This document shows, piece by piece, positions 17,729 through 30,413 of a stretch of DNA of 64,000 nucleotides. A program made the translations under genes and the position numbers. A model generated the notes under the pieces. That model ran no database searches. It was not told the origin of the DNA and worked only from the letters and a program-made list of their open reading frames with translations. Position 1 is the stretch's first letter; each line of letters begins with the position of its first letter. The DNA is from Myxococcaceae bacterium. GTDB lineage: Bacteria > Myxococcota > Myxococcia > Myxococcales > Myxococcaceae. The stretch is from the NCBI GenBank assembly GCA_020247085.1, contig JADCJJ010000267.1:3582-67581 (forward strand), read 5' to 3'.

Positions 17729-18871
17729 TCAGCTCCGGTCAACCCGCTCGAGGAAGCCGGGCCGCGCGGGCTGCGCCTCGAGGCGGTCGGACACCTCCAT
17801 GGCTCGGGCGAGCTCGACCTCGGTGACGAGCCCGAGGAAGCGCCCCTGGCGCACGACGGCGGCCGCCAGCACGCCGCCGCGCAGCAGCTTCGAGCGCGCG
17901 ACGTCGAGCGAGTCCGAGGCCTGCACCACCGGCACCTCGCGGCGCAGCAGCGACGAGACGAACCCGAAGGGGCCCCCCTGGCGTACGGCGTCGAGCAGCT
18001 CGTCGGCGAGGACGACGCCCACGAAGCGGCCGGCCTGCTCCACGGCGAAGACGGGCAGCGGCGACACCTGCAGCACCAGCACCGCCTGCCCCAGGGTGCT
18101 GCCGGGCTCGAAGCGCGGCGCGTAGGGCGACACGACGTCGCCGGCTGCAATCTGCGCCAGCACCCGCGTCAGCTTCGCCTCGCGCACCTCGGCGCCGGCG
18201 CCGACGTACACCACCAGGGCGATGAACGGCAGCATCGGGCTGGCCCCGTCGGCGAAGAGCCACGCCGCCACGAAGCCGATGGCCACCACGCGCGCCACCA
18301 CCGCCGCGATGCGCGTCGCTCGCTCGGCGTCGAACACGTACGAGAGGAACGCCCGCAGCACCCGGCCGCCGTCCATCGGCAGCGCCGGCAGCATGTTGAA
18401 GAGCGCCAGCGTGACGTTGGCGAACACCAGCATCACCCAGATGTGCTCGGCGCGCGGCGCCTCGTGGCCGAAGCTGCGGGCCGCGTCGACGAGGCCCGGC
18501 AGCCCCTCGAGCCAAGACCCCAGGCCCGCGAAGAGCCCCGCCAGCACCACGTTCACGGCCGGGCCAGCGATGGCGATGAGCCACTCCTGGGTGGGCGTCT
18601 TCGGCTTGTCCTTCAAGACGGCGACGCCCCCGATGGGCGTCAGGGTGATGTCGGTGACGGGAATGCCGAAGGCCTTCGCCACCAGCGAGTGGCCGAGTTC
18701 GTGGAGCGCGATGCAGGCGAAGACGGCCAGCGACATGACGGCGCCGAAGAGCGCGCCCGAGGGGCCCCAGACGAGCCACGGCCAGGCGCCCAGCACCAGC
18801 ACCAGCACGAAGGTGACGTGCAGCCGCACGTCGATGCCGAAGACGGTGGCGACCCGCCAGGAAGAGCGCAT
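17729..18871 (-). CDS. site-2 protease family (M50) metalloprotease with C-terminal CBS pair
   Basis: ATG at 18871 (MRSSWRVATVFGIDV). HELGHSLVAKAF (HExxH), NMLPALPMDGGRVL (second M50 motif), then a CBS-like tail (GDVVSPYAPRF.., FLGLVTEVELARAME). Confidence 0.85.
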   Translation of the reverse strand: MRSSWRVATVFGIDVRLHVTFVLVLVLGAWPWLVWGPSGALFGAVMSLAVFACIALHELGHSLVAKAFGIPVTDITLTPIGGVAVLKDKPKTPTQEWLIAIAGPAVNVVLAGLFAGLGSWLEGLPGLVDAARSFGHEAPRAEHIWVMLVFANVTLALFNMLPALPMDGGRVLRAFLSYVFDAERATRIAAVVARVVAIGFVAAWLFADGASPMLPFIALVVYVGAGAEVREAKLTRVLAQIAAGDVVSPYAPRFEPGSTLGQAVLVLQVSPLPVFAVEQAGRFVGVVLADELLDAVRQGGPFGFVSSLLRREVPVVQASDSLDVARSKLLRGGVLAAAVVRQGRFLGLVTEVELARAMEVSDRLEAQPARPGFLERVDRS

Positions 18872-18956
18872 GTGCCCCACATCATCACCGTTCCGGCCGG
18901 CGCAAGCAGCGGCCCCTCCATTCGGAGGCGCGTGACCCCGGAAGGCGCTGGAAACA

Positions 18957-21323
18957 CTACAGGCTGTTGTTGAGGCGCACGTGGCGCCCCACCTCGATGA
19001 CCTGGTTGGGCAGGTAGACGACGAGGCGGAAGGCGCGCTGCGAGGCGACCCCGGTGTCCGTCGACACCGGGGAGGCCGGCTCCGCGATGACGAAGAGCTT
19101 CGCCGCCTGCGCCCCCAGCCGGGGCCCGTCACGCCTTCGCCAGGGCGCCGAGCCGTCGGGCAGCAGCACCTCGCGCCAGCTCATGGGCCGGTTGACCCCG
19201 CCATCGGGGAAGCGGCTGTCGAGGCGCCCTGATGGCAGCGCGTCGAAGCGCGCGACGAAGAGGCCGCCCTCGGTGAGCGCGACTGGCCACCCTCCGAGGT
19301 TCTCGTAGTCCACCACGGCGACGGGCGCGCCGCCGTCCACCGCGGGGAGCGCCTCGGTCAACTGGAAGCCCCCGGGGATGGTGAAGATGGTGCCGTCGCG
19401 GTACCCGACGCGCGCGAGGCCTCCGCGGGGGTTGTCGAACCAGACCTCGACGGGCTCACCGCCCGACAGGGTGAGGGGCGTCGCGCTCCACCGCAGCGGG
19501 GCCCCGCCCAGCTTCACCTCGAAGACGCTCCGCGCGGTGACGACGTAGCCGCGCATGCGGTCGACGCCGTTGGAGCCGATGGGCGTTCGCTCGAGCGCGA
19601 GGCTCCGGATGAACGACGAGGGCTCTGGCGTCAGCGCCGGCCCCAGGTCGCCAGGCTCGCCCAGCATCTGGCCCGGCGCGGGCGCGGGCACGAAGTAGAG
19701 CGAGTCGTCGGCGGCGACGAGCATCGACACCAGCCCGCCATCGGCGCCGACGAAGGCCTCGCCGCGCAGCGGCCGCCGCACCGGCTCGCTCCGCCCGTCG
19801 ACCAGGCGCGGCCCGTACTGCAGCGAGACGCTCCCCTTGCCGGCGTTGACGGCCTTGACGAGCGTGCCCCCCTCGGTGACGACCCAGGTCTGCCCTTCGT
19901 TGACGAGCGCGGCGATGCGGGAGGTGCCCTCGGGCGACAGGGCGAGGTACCCGCGCTCGGGCCGCCCGTCGAAGAGGCCCGCCGACGTGAGCGCGAAGAC
20001 GGGGCTCGTGCCATCGGCCAGGCCGACCTGGACGACGTCGAGCGGCACGCGGTCCATCAGGAGCGGGCTCGCGGCGCCGATGGTGGGGCCCTCCCACACC
20101 TGCCCATTCAGTCCGCCCGCGAGGAAGCCGGTGGGCGCCGCCGAGTCGCTGACGGGGAGCCCGCGCCCTCCAGCGGCGTCGTCGCGCGAGGCGAGCTCGG
20201 CGACGGTGAAGGGCACCGGCAACGGCTCCTCGACGCAATCCCCCGTCGCCAGCGCCCCGCGGAAGCGCTGCACCCGCGTGGCGCACAAGACGTCGACGAA
20301 GGGCCCGCGCCCGTCGACGCCGGGCGTCGCGAGCCGCGGGACGGGGCACGGCTCGCAGTCGCTCCACGGGGCGTTCACCTCGAAGCCGGCGGGCGTGCGG
20401 CCGACCACGAAGGTGTAGAGCCTGGGCGGCGCGCGCGTCAGCACGGCGAAGGCGACGCCGGTGTCGCTCGACGAGAGCATAGCGCCGGCGTCTGCCTCGA
20501 GCGTGAGCGGCTGAACCACCTGCAGCCCACCATCGAGGCGCATGACGAGGCCACCGCGCGTCAGCACGACCGGCGGACGCCCCGCGAGGCTTGGGCCGGG
20601 GGCGACGTCGAGCACCGGGTCCGCGGGCCGGAGGAACGTCGGCGGCCCCCCGTTCGCGTCGACGAGCGCGACGGAGTCAGCACCGACCACCGCGACCCGC
20701 GGCAGCGCCTGGCCCGTGGCTCGCTCGGGCGGGAGCACCCGCAGGCCGGTCGCCAGCAGCGCGCCGCCGTCGCCGTCTGGGAGCGTGGCGACCCGGCCAG
20801 CCCTGAACACCTCGACCTGGCCGGGAGCGGCCCCGCGAGCCTGACGCGCGAAGACGACGACGTCGGCGATGCTCGCCACCGGCCCCGCGAGCCGCGGCAC
20901 GACGATGACCTCTGCGCCCAGCGCGGTCGCTGCGAGGGGCCCACCGTCGGGCGGCCCGAACGGCGTGACGCCGCCGCGCCCGATGACGAAGAAGCCCTCG
21001 GCGGTGCGGGCGATGACCTGGTCGCGCTCGACGACCTTCACCACGGCGTCGACGCGCCCCCTCACCACCTTCGGGTGCAGCACCACGCCCGCGCCGACCT
21101 CGGCGGTGAACTGCGGGAACGTCGGCGGCCCCTCGAACTGAGGGCCCTCGTACTGGTAGCGCCGGCAGCGGTTGTCGACGCCGCAGACGTCGCCGGCCGA
21201 GCACACCGCGTCGCGCGCGCCGGGCGGTTTCGAGAAGTCGCAGGGAAAGTCATTGCCGGGCTCGACGAGCAGCCCCGGGCACGCCGTCAGCGCAACGAGC
21301 GACGAGCCGAGCAGCCAGCGCAT
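18957..21323 (-). CDS. large lipoprotein, hypothetical (beta-propeller-like)
   Basis: ATG 21323 overlaps the upstream stop by 1 nt. Lipobox LTAC in MRWLLGSSLVALTAC, followed by a Cys-rich segment and 788 aa rich in Gly/Val/Leu/Asp strand-like repeats. The 1133-aa track ORF is trimmed to this start. Confidence 0.7.
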   Translation of the reverse strand: MRWLLGSSLVALTACPGLLVEPGNDFPCDFSKPPGARDAVCSAGDVCGVDNRCRRYQYEGPQFEGPPTFPQFTAEVGAGVVLHPKVVRGRVDAVVKVVERDQVIARTAEGFFVIGRGGVTPFGPPDGGPLAATALGAEVIVVPRLAGPVASIADVVVFARQARGAAPGQVEVFRAGRVATLPDGDGGALLATGLRVLPPERATGQALPRVAVVGADSVALVDANGGPPTFLRPADPVLDVAPGPSLAGRPPVVLTRGGLVMRLDGGLQVVQPLTLEADAGAMLSSSDTGVAFAVLTRAPPRLYTFVVGRTPAGFEVNAPWSDCEPCPVPRLATPGVDGRGPFVDVLCATRVQRFRGALATGDCVEEPLPVPFTVAELASRDDAAGGRGLPVSDSAAPTGFLAGGLNGQVWEGPTIGAASPLLMDRVPLDVVQVGLADGTSPVFALTSAGLFDGRPERGYLALSPEGTSRIAALVNEGQTWVVTEGGTLVKAVNAGKGSVSLQYGPRLVDGRSEPVRRPLRGEAFVGADGGLVSMLVAADDSLYFVPAPAPGQMLGEPGDLGPALTPEPSSFIRSLALERTPIGSNGVDRMRGYVVTARSVFEVKLGGAPLRWSATPLTLSGGEPVEVWFDNPRGGLARVGYRDGTIFTIPGGFQLTEALPAVDGGAPVAVVDYENLGGWPVALTEGGLFVARFDALPSGRLDSRFPDGGVNRPMSWREVLLPDGSAPWRRRDGPRLGAQAAKLFVIAEPASPVSTDTGVASQRAFRLVVYLPNQVIEVGRHVRLNNSL

Positions 21324-22276
21324 CAGAAGCCCCCCACCACGGCGAAGCCCGTCGGCGTCGGAGACACCAGCACCGACACTCGGCCCGACGCCTCGAAGGG
21401 CGGCATCACCACCAGCCCCAGCGCCACCAGGGCCGCGCCCGCCACCAGCAGCCCGGCGCTCACCCACTTCTGCCGGGTCAGCAGGCCGTTCTGCTCGAGG
21501 TAGAAGGCGCGCGCGTTCAACGCCGTGCCGGTGCACCGCCCGTCGGGAGGAACCCCGCCCGGGCACAGCTCGTCGTTGAGCCCCTTCTCCTGCGTGAGCG
21601 TGATGACGCCGTAGACGGCGCCCGCGATGAACGACAGCCCGCCCGCAGCCAGCAGCGTCACCGGCACCACCCGCGACGGCGGCGGCGGCAGCGGCGCGCC
21701 GGTAGCCTCGGCGGCCGCGTAGGGGATGACCTGCCGCAGCGCCTCGAGCGACGAGGCGACCCGGTTCGACCGGCCCGCGGCCCGGCCCTTCACCGCGTCC
21801 AACGTCTGCAACGTGAGCTGGTACGCGGTGCCGATTCGAGACAGCTGGCCCGAGACCACGAAGGGCGCCGAGAGGACCTCGCCGAGCGAGTTCCCGCACG
21901 CCTCGGGGTTCGCCTCGCACACCCCCAGGAGCTGCCGCTGCCGGTCGGCCGAGAGCGCGGTGGCGACGTCGCGCGACGAGATGACCTCGAAGAGCCCGCG
22001 CTCCGAAAGGGCCGCGACCACGGCGTCGGTCATCGCCAGCGCCTGCTCCGCAGACACGCCTTGCGCCTCGAGGGCGGTGACGACGAGGCGGGGCTTCGCG
22101 TCTTGCGCGACGGCGAGCTTCGGCGCGGGCTGCGCGGGCGCGTCGACCGCCGGGGCCGGGAGCGCCGGCACCGCCACCGGCGCTGCCTGGGGCTCGGCGA
22201 GCGTGCCCTTCTTCGAGCGCCCCTGCGCCGGCGCGAGCGCCGCGGTGAGCACGAGGACCACGACGACGCTTCGCAC
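21323..22276 (-). CDS. secreted/membrane-anchored hypothetical protein
   Basis: GTG 22276, signal peptide MRSVVVVLVLTAALAPAQG, Pro/Ala linker. Alpha/beta domain LVVTALEAQGVSAEQALAMTDAVVAALSERGLFEVISSRDV. Hydrophobic helices near the C-terminus. Confidence 0.7.
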   Translation of the reverse strand: MRSVVVVLVLTAALAPAQGRSKKGTLAEPQAAPVAVPALPAPAVDAPAQPAPKLAVAQDAKPRLVVTALEAQGVSAEQALAMTDAVVAALSERGLFEVISSRDVATALSADRQRQLLGVCEANPEACGNSLGEVLSAPFVVSGQLSRIGTAYQLTLQTLDAVKGRAAGRSNRVASSLEALRQVIPYAAAEATGAPLPPPPSRVVPVTLLAAGGLSFIAGAVYGVITLTQEKGLNDELCPGGVPPDGRCTGTALNARAFYLEQNGLLTRQKWVSAGLLVAGAALVALGLVVMPPFEASGRVSVLVSPTPTGFAVVGGF

Positions 22277-22312
22277 CGATGCGCTCCCTCGCGGCCGCCC
22301 GCGCCGCCGACG

Positions 22313-24895
<2,583 letters not shown>

Positions 24896-25113
24896 TCACG
24901 CACCCGGGAGAGCCATTTACCTCAATGACTTTGACGACTTACGGCGCCACTGGCGCAACCTGAGCAGCGCTCGCCCGGGGTCCTCCGGGGCCCCCGTCGC
25001 CCGGTGACGCGAGGCCTCGTCGTGGGCCTGCCGCGCCCGACGCCCACCCGGCCGAGCGGGCCACCCGCGCACCTCGAGGCCACCCCGGCCCGGCGGTCGG
25101 CGATACTGCGCGT

Positions 25114-26922
25114 ATGCTTGCCCTGCTGACGACGCTCGCCGTCGCGCTCGCCCCGCCGTCGCCGCGCGAGGCGGCGCTCCTCGCCGACGCGAAGGATGGG
25201 GCGCTCGACACGATGGACTTCACCGAGGCCTCGCTCATCGCCAGCGGCGTGCCTGACGCCGAGCTGCCCGCGGCCCGGCAGGCGCTCGAGCGGGTGCTCT
25301 CACCGGCGCGCGCGGCGGCGAAGGGCCTCGCCGACCCGCGGGCCCGGGCAGCCCGGCTGCTCGAGGCGCTCCACGACGGCGCCTTCCGGCAGTATCGGCT
25401 CGAGGCGACCACCCTGCCCGACCTCTGGCGCACCGGCGAGTTCAACTGCCTGTCGTCGTCGGTAGCCTACGTCATCGCGGCCGAGGGGCTGGTCGAGGCG
25501 ACGCGCGCGGTGCTGTCGGTGCGCCACGCGCTGGTGCAGGTCGAGGTGCAGGGCCGGGCCTTCGACGTGCAGACGACGGTGCGCTCGGGCTTCGGCATGG
25601 CGCGCAAGCAGATGCTGTCGGCCGAGCACCTGTCGCGCATCGCCCGGCCCGGCGAAGACCTCGCCCGCGTCGAGAAGGAGCTGCTCGACACCGAAGAGGT
25701 GCCGGTGCTGTCGCTCGTCGCCGGCCTGTACGCGAACCGCGCGGCCTTCCTCATGCGGCAGGGTCGCTCGCCCGACGCCGACGGCCTCATCGACCGGGCG
25801 ACGCAGCTCGCCGCCGGCAAGTCGAGAGAGCGCTTCGCCTCGTGGCGCGCGGCGCTCTTCAACGACACCGCCCACGCGCTCGCGCAGGCTGGCCGCCACG
25901 ACGAGGCGCTCCACCTGCTCGAGCGCATCGCCGACGCCGCCGGCGAGCACCGGGCCGTCATTCGCCGCAACATCGGCGTCCACCACTACACGCTGGCGCA
26001 GCGCGCGGCGAAGCGGAGCGACTGGGCCGAGGCGCTGCGCCACGCCGAGGCAGCGAAGGGCGCCGGCGTCGCCGAGGCCCTGCCGCTGCTGGGCGAGGCG
26101 CGGGGCCAGCTCGGGGGCGCGCTGGGCGGCCTCGACGCCTGCGCGAGCGGCGCCCTCCCGGAGCGGGTGGCCTGCCTCGGCGCACTGTCGACGGCGAAGC
26201 GCAAGGCCGGGGAACCCACCCTCGCGCTGGCGGCGGCCCGGCAGGCGCTCGCGCTCGCGCCGACGGACCCGGGCGCCCGCTTCGCGCTCTACGAGGTCGA
26301 GTCCACCCGCTTCGAGGGGCTCGTCGCCGCGCGGGCCTGTGACGACGCCGCCGCGCTGGGCCTCGAGCTCGAGCGCCTCGTGGCCGGGCTCACCGAGCGG
26401 CCCTGGCGCGCTCACGACGCCGTCGTCTTCTGCTTTGCCGCCGCCGGCGCCGACGCCTTCGACCGGAGGGCCTTCGGCGCCGCCTCCGAGGGGTTCCGGC
26501 GGGCGCTCGCCCTCGACCCGGGGAACGAGGTGGCGCGCAAGAACCTCGAGGCGAGCGAGTTCAACATCGCCGTAGGCCACTCCAACGCGGGCGCCTGCGA
26601 CGAGGCACGCGCGGTGCTCGGCCGGGGAACGCCCCCGGCGCGGTGGCGCGCGGTGCTCGAGCCGTGCTGGGTCAACCGCACCGCGAACCTCGCACAGGCC
26701 GGCCAGTGGACGGCGCTGGTGACGCAGGCGCGCCACGGGCTGCTCGACGTGCCCGGCAGCGCGCCGCTCACCAACAACCTCGTCGCCGCGCTGCAGCAGC
26801 TCGCCCTCACGGCGGCGAAGGCGAAGCGGTGCGACGACGCGCGGGCGCTCATCCCCGAGCTGCTGGCCCTCGGCGCGGGGGCCTTCGCCGACCAGGTGCA
26901 GGCGGCGTGCGGGGCGCCCTGA
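25114..26922 (+). CDS. transglutaminase-like (Cys-His-Asp core) plus TPR-like repeat protein
   Basis: N-terminal GEFNCLSSSVAYVIAAEGL..SVRHALVQVEVQGRAFDVQT gives C, H and D in the order and spacing of transglutaminase-like cysteine peptidases. About 400 aa of Ala/Leu-rich helical repeats follow. Confidence 0.6.
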   Translation: MLALLTTLAVALAPPSPREAALLADAKDGALDTMDFTEASLIASGVPDAELPAARQALERVLSPARAAAKGLADPRARAARLLEALHDGAFRQYRLEATTLPDLWRTGEFNCLSSSVAYVIAAEGLVEATRAVLSVRHALVQVEVQGRAFDVQTTVRSGFGMARKQMLSAEHLSRIARPGEDLARVEKELLDTEEVPVLSLVAGLYANRAAFLMRQGRSPDADGLIDRATQLAAGKSRERFASWRAALFNDTAHALAQAGRHDEALHLLERIADAAGEHRAVIRRNIGVHHYTLAQRAAKRSDWAEALRHAEAAKGAGVAEALPLLGEARGQLGGALGGLDACASGALPERVACLGALSTAKRKAGEPTLALAAARQALALAPTDPGARFALYEVESTRFEGLVAARACDDAAALGLELERLVAGLTERPWRAHDAVVFCFAAAGADAFDRRAFGAASEGFRRALALDPGNEVARKNLEASEFNIAVGHSNAGACDEARAVLGRGTPPARWRAVLEPCWVNRTANLAQAGQWTALVTQARHGLLDVPGSAPLTNNLVAALQQLALTAAKAKRCDDARALIPELLALGAGAFADQVQAACGAP

Positions 26923-26949
26923 CGGCCCCACCCCTCGCCCTTGCGTCGG

Positions 26950-27583
26950 TCATCCTCCAGGGTGACTGGCTTGACGACGACCGTCACGCCCCTCACGCTT
27001 CCAACGACCCTGAAGAAAAGCCAGACGACGCTGGCTCGGAGAACGGGGCAACACCCACACGCGTGGATGGTCGACGCCGTGGCGTAGCGGCTCGAACGAG
27101 ACGAGGCCCGTCACGCCTTCTTCGAAGCGGCGGAGGGGGCGGCGGAAGCGATGGATGAGGGCGGCGAGGTCGTCGCCGCAGACGACGTGCACGATTGGCT
27201 GCGCGTGAAGGGGCAGGGACACGCTCGTCGCCGCCCAGCGCCGGTCCGTCGAGTTCGAACGTGACGGTCGCCCGTTCGCCGCGTGCGCTCGTCGAGTTCG
27301 ACCGTCTCACTGACTTCTTCCTCCAGAACAGCGCGAACGACCCGACCGGAGCAGCGCCAGCCACCGTCGACGCGGTGAACGCTCCCGCCCGCGACCCGCT
27401 CATCGGGCGTCCGGTGACGACGGCGAAGGGGCGCTGCGCGAACTCGTCATGTTCTTCCGAGCAACGGGGCACCTCGCGCTCGCCCGAGGGCACCGGGGCC
27501 GCGTCGACGTTCTCGCCCTCCGCCACCAACGCGAGGCCGGGTCCTCCAGGCGGTGATGGCGCCTCGTCACGAAGCAGCGGCAC
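26950..27583 (-). pseudogene. frame-disrupted minus-strand gene (family unknown)
   Basis: I counted GC3 by hand. Minus frame A is 20/20 G/C at third positions in 27481-27540. It loses the signal near 27222, where frame B (IVHVVCGDDLAALIHRF..) takes over. Frame C (VVWLFFRVVGSVRGVTVVVKPVTLEDD) takes over near 27045. No single ORF spans all three. Confidence 0.35.
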
Positions 27584-27601
27584 CGGCCCCCGAGCGGCGC
27601 T

Positions 27602-30358
27602 ATGCCCCGGCCCATGCTCGCGCTCATGCTCACGGCCCTGGTATTGGCCCAGACCCCCTCAAAGGCTCCGGCGAAGCCGGCGTCGCTCGCCTCGACCGTC
27701 GACGTGCCCTTCCAGAAGTTCGTCCTCGACAACGGCCTGACGCTCGTCGTCCACGAGGACAAGAAGGCGCCCATCGTCGCCGTCAACGTCTGGTACCACG
27801 TCGGCGCGAAGGACGAGGTGCCCGGCAAGAGCGGCTTCGCCCACCTCTTCGAGCACCTGATGTTCAACGGCTCGGAGCACTTCAACACCGACTACTTCAA
27901 GGCCCTCGGCGCGATGGGCGCCACCGACCTGAACGGCACCACCAACCGCGACCGCACCAACTACTTCCAGAACGTGCCGGTGAGCGGGCTCGACCGCGTG
28001 CTGTTCCTCGAGTCAGACCGCATGGGCCACCTGCTCGGCGTCGTCGACCAGGCCCGCCTCGACGAGCAGCGCGGCGTGGTGCAGAACGAGAAGCGCCAGA
28101 GCGAGAACCAGCCCTATGGCCAGGTCTTCAACGAGGCCAACAAGGTGCTCTTCCCGCCGCACCACCCGTACGCGTACCCGCGTGGCACCGTGCTCGGCAG
28201 CATGGAGGACCTCGACGCCGCCTCGCTCAAGGACGTGCAGGAGTGGTTCAAGACCTGGTACGGCCCTTCGAACGCCACCCTCGTCGTCGCCGGCGACGTC
28301 GACGCGAAGGCCGTGCTCGAGAAGGTGAAGACGTACTTCGGGCACATCCCCGCGGGGCCGCCGGTGCCGCGCAAGGGCCCCTGGGCCGAGAAGCTGTCGG
28401 CCAACGTTCGCAAGGAGCTCGAGGACCGTGTGCCGCAGACGCGGCTCTACCGCTTCTGGGTGACACCCGCCCTCTCGAGCCCCGACAACGACCTGCTCAA
28501 CATCGCCACCGCGGTGCTGGCGCAGGGCAAGACGAGCCGGCTGTTCAAGCGCCTCGTCTACAAGGACCAGCTGGCCACCGACGTCTCGGCCGGCATCTGG
28601 GACGGTGAGCTGGCGGGCCAGGCCATCATCACCGCGACGGTGAAGCCCGGCGTCGCGCTCGAGAAGGTCGAGCGGGCGCTCGACGAAGAGCTCGCGCGCT
28701 TCCTCGAGGCGGGGCCCACCGACGACGAGCTCGCGCGGCTGAGCACGCAGTGGGTGGCCGGGTTCATCCGCGGGCTCGAGCGCATCGGCGGCTTCGGCGG
28801 CAAGAGCGACGTGCTGGCCGAGAGCCAAGTGTACCTGGGCCGCCCCGACGCCTGGAAGGAGTCGCTGCGCCTGCTCGAGACCGCCACCCCGAAACAGGTG
28901 CAGGCCGCGGCGAAGGCGTGGCTCGGCGCGCCCCGGCTCGACCTCGTGGTGCGCCCCTTCGGCACCTTCTCGAACGCCAAAGAGGGCGTCGACCGCTCGA
29001 AGCTGCCGCCGCTGGGGCCCGCGCCCGAGGTGACGTTCCCCGCGCTCGAGCGGGCGACGCTGTCGAACGGCCTCTCCGTGGTGCTCGCCAAGCGCAAGGG
29101 CGCGCCGGCGCTCGACCTGCGCCTTCGCTTCGAGGGCGGCACCGCGACCGACACGCCCCAGACCGCCGGCCTCGCCAGCCTCGCGATGGACCTTCTCGAC
29201 GAGGGCGCCGCTGGCCGTGACGCCATCGCCCTGTCCGAGGCGCTCCAGCGGCTCGGCTCGACGCTGTCCACCGGGGCCAACCAGGACACGGCCGTCGTCT
29301 CCATGACGGCCTTCGAGGCGAACCTCGACCCGTCGCTGGCGCTCCTCGCAGACGTGGTGCTGCGTCCCTCCCTCCCCGCCGCCGACTTCCAGCGCCTGAA
29401 GAACCAGCGCCTCGCCGCCATCAAGCAGGAGAAGAACTCGCCCACCGGCATCGCCTGGCGGCTCGCGCCCCGGCTCGTCTTCGGCGAGGGGCACCCGTAC
29501 GCCCTGCCCCCGTCCGGCACCGAGGCGTCGGTCGAGCGGCTCACCCGCGACGACGTGGTGGCCTTCGCGAAGGCGCGCCTCAAGCCGGGCAGCGCGACGC
29601 TGGGCGTGGTGGGCGACATCTCGCTGGAGCGGCTGCTCCCCAGGCTCGAGCGGGCCTTCGCCGGCTGGAGCCCCGGCGCGGCGCCCCGCGCGAGCGTGCC
29701 CCAGGTGAAGCCCGCCGACGCCTCCACCGTCTGGCTCGTCGACCGCCCCGGCAGCCAGCAGAGCGTCATCCTCGTCGGGCACGTGGCGCCGCCCACCAAC
29801 AACCCCGACGAGGCCGCCATTCTCGGCATGAACACGGTGCTCGGCGGCGACTTCAACTCACGCCTCAACATGAACCTGCGCGAGGACAAGCACTGGAGCT
29901 ACGGCGTGCGCGCCTCGCTCGGCGACGCCCGCGGCCAGCGCCTCTTCAGCGTCTCGGCCCCCGTGCAGACCGACAAGACGAGGGAGTCGCTCGCCGAGAT
30001 TCGCAAGGAACTGCTCGACCTCGTCGGCAAGCGCCCGACCACCGCCGAGGAGTTCGAGCGCATTCAGGCCGACCGCGTGCTGAAGCTCCCCGGCGCCTGG
30101 GAGACGAGCGGCGCGGTGCAGGGCGCGCTGGGCCAGGTCGTCACCTACGGGCTGCCCGACGACTTCTTCCAGACGTGGGCCTCGAAGGTGCGCGCGCTCG
30201 GACGCGAGGACTACGACGCGGCCGCGCGCAAGGTGCTGCGGCCCGAGAGCCTCGTGTGGGTCGTCGTCGGCGACCGGGCGAAAATCGAGGCCGGCGTGCG
30301 CGCGCTCGGCTTCGGCCCGGTGACGGTGCTCGACGCCGACGGCGTCGTCGTGAAGTGA
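27602..30358 (+). CDS. M16 (pitrilysin/insulinase) family zinc peptidase, two M16 pairs
   Basis: Signal peptide, inverted zinc motif HLFEHLMFNGSEHF (HxxEH). The 918-aa length fits a double active/inactive M16 unit. ATG 27614 is an alternative start. Confidence 0.9.
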   Translation: MPRPMLALMLTALVLAQTPSKAPAKPASLASTVDVPFQKFVLDNGLTLVVHEDKKAPIVAVNVWYHVGAKDEVPGKSGFAHLFEHLMFNGSEHFNTDYFKALGAMGATDLNGTTNRDRTNYFQNVPVSGLDRVLFLESDRMGHLLGVVDQARLDEQRGVVQNEKRQSENQPYGQVFNEANKVLFPPHHPYAYPRGTVLGSMEDLDAASLKDVQEWFKTWYGPSNATLVVAGDVDAKAVLEKVKTYFGHIPAGPPVPRKGPWAEKLSANVRKELEDRVPQTRLYRFWVTPALSSPDNDLLNIATAVLAQGKTSRLFKRLVYKDQLATDVSAGIWDGELAGQAIITATVKPGVALEKVERALDEELARFLEAGPTDDELARLSTQWVAGFIRGLERIGGFGGKSDVLAESQVYLGRPDAWKESLRLLETATPKQVQAAAKAWLGAPRLDLVVRPFGTFSNAKEGVDRSKLPPLGPAPEVTFPALERATLSNGLSVVLAKRKGAPALDLRLRFEGGTATDTPQTAGLASLAMDLLDEGAAGRDAIALSEALQRLGSTLSTGANQDTAVVSMTAFEANLDPSLALLADVVLRPSLPAADFQRLKNQRLAAIKQEKNSPTGIAWRLAPRLVFGEGHPYALPPSGTEASVERLTRDDVVAFAKARLKPGSATLGVVGDISLERLLPRLERAFAGWSPGAAPRASVPQVKPADASTVWLVDRPGSQQSVILVGHVAPPTNNPDEAAILGMNTVLGGDFNSRLNMNLREDKHWSYGVRASLGDARGQRLFSVSAPVQTDKTRESLAEIRKELLDLVGKRPTTAEEFERIQADRVLKLPGAWETSGAVQGALGQVVTYGLPDDFFQTWASKVRALGREDYDAAARKVLRPESLVWVVVGDRAKIEAGVRALGFGPVTVLDADGVVVK

Positions 30359-30413
30359 CGCCGCGGCGACGCTGGTCAGCCGCTTGCAACACGAAAGCAC
30401 CAGGTCCCTCGCC

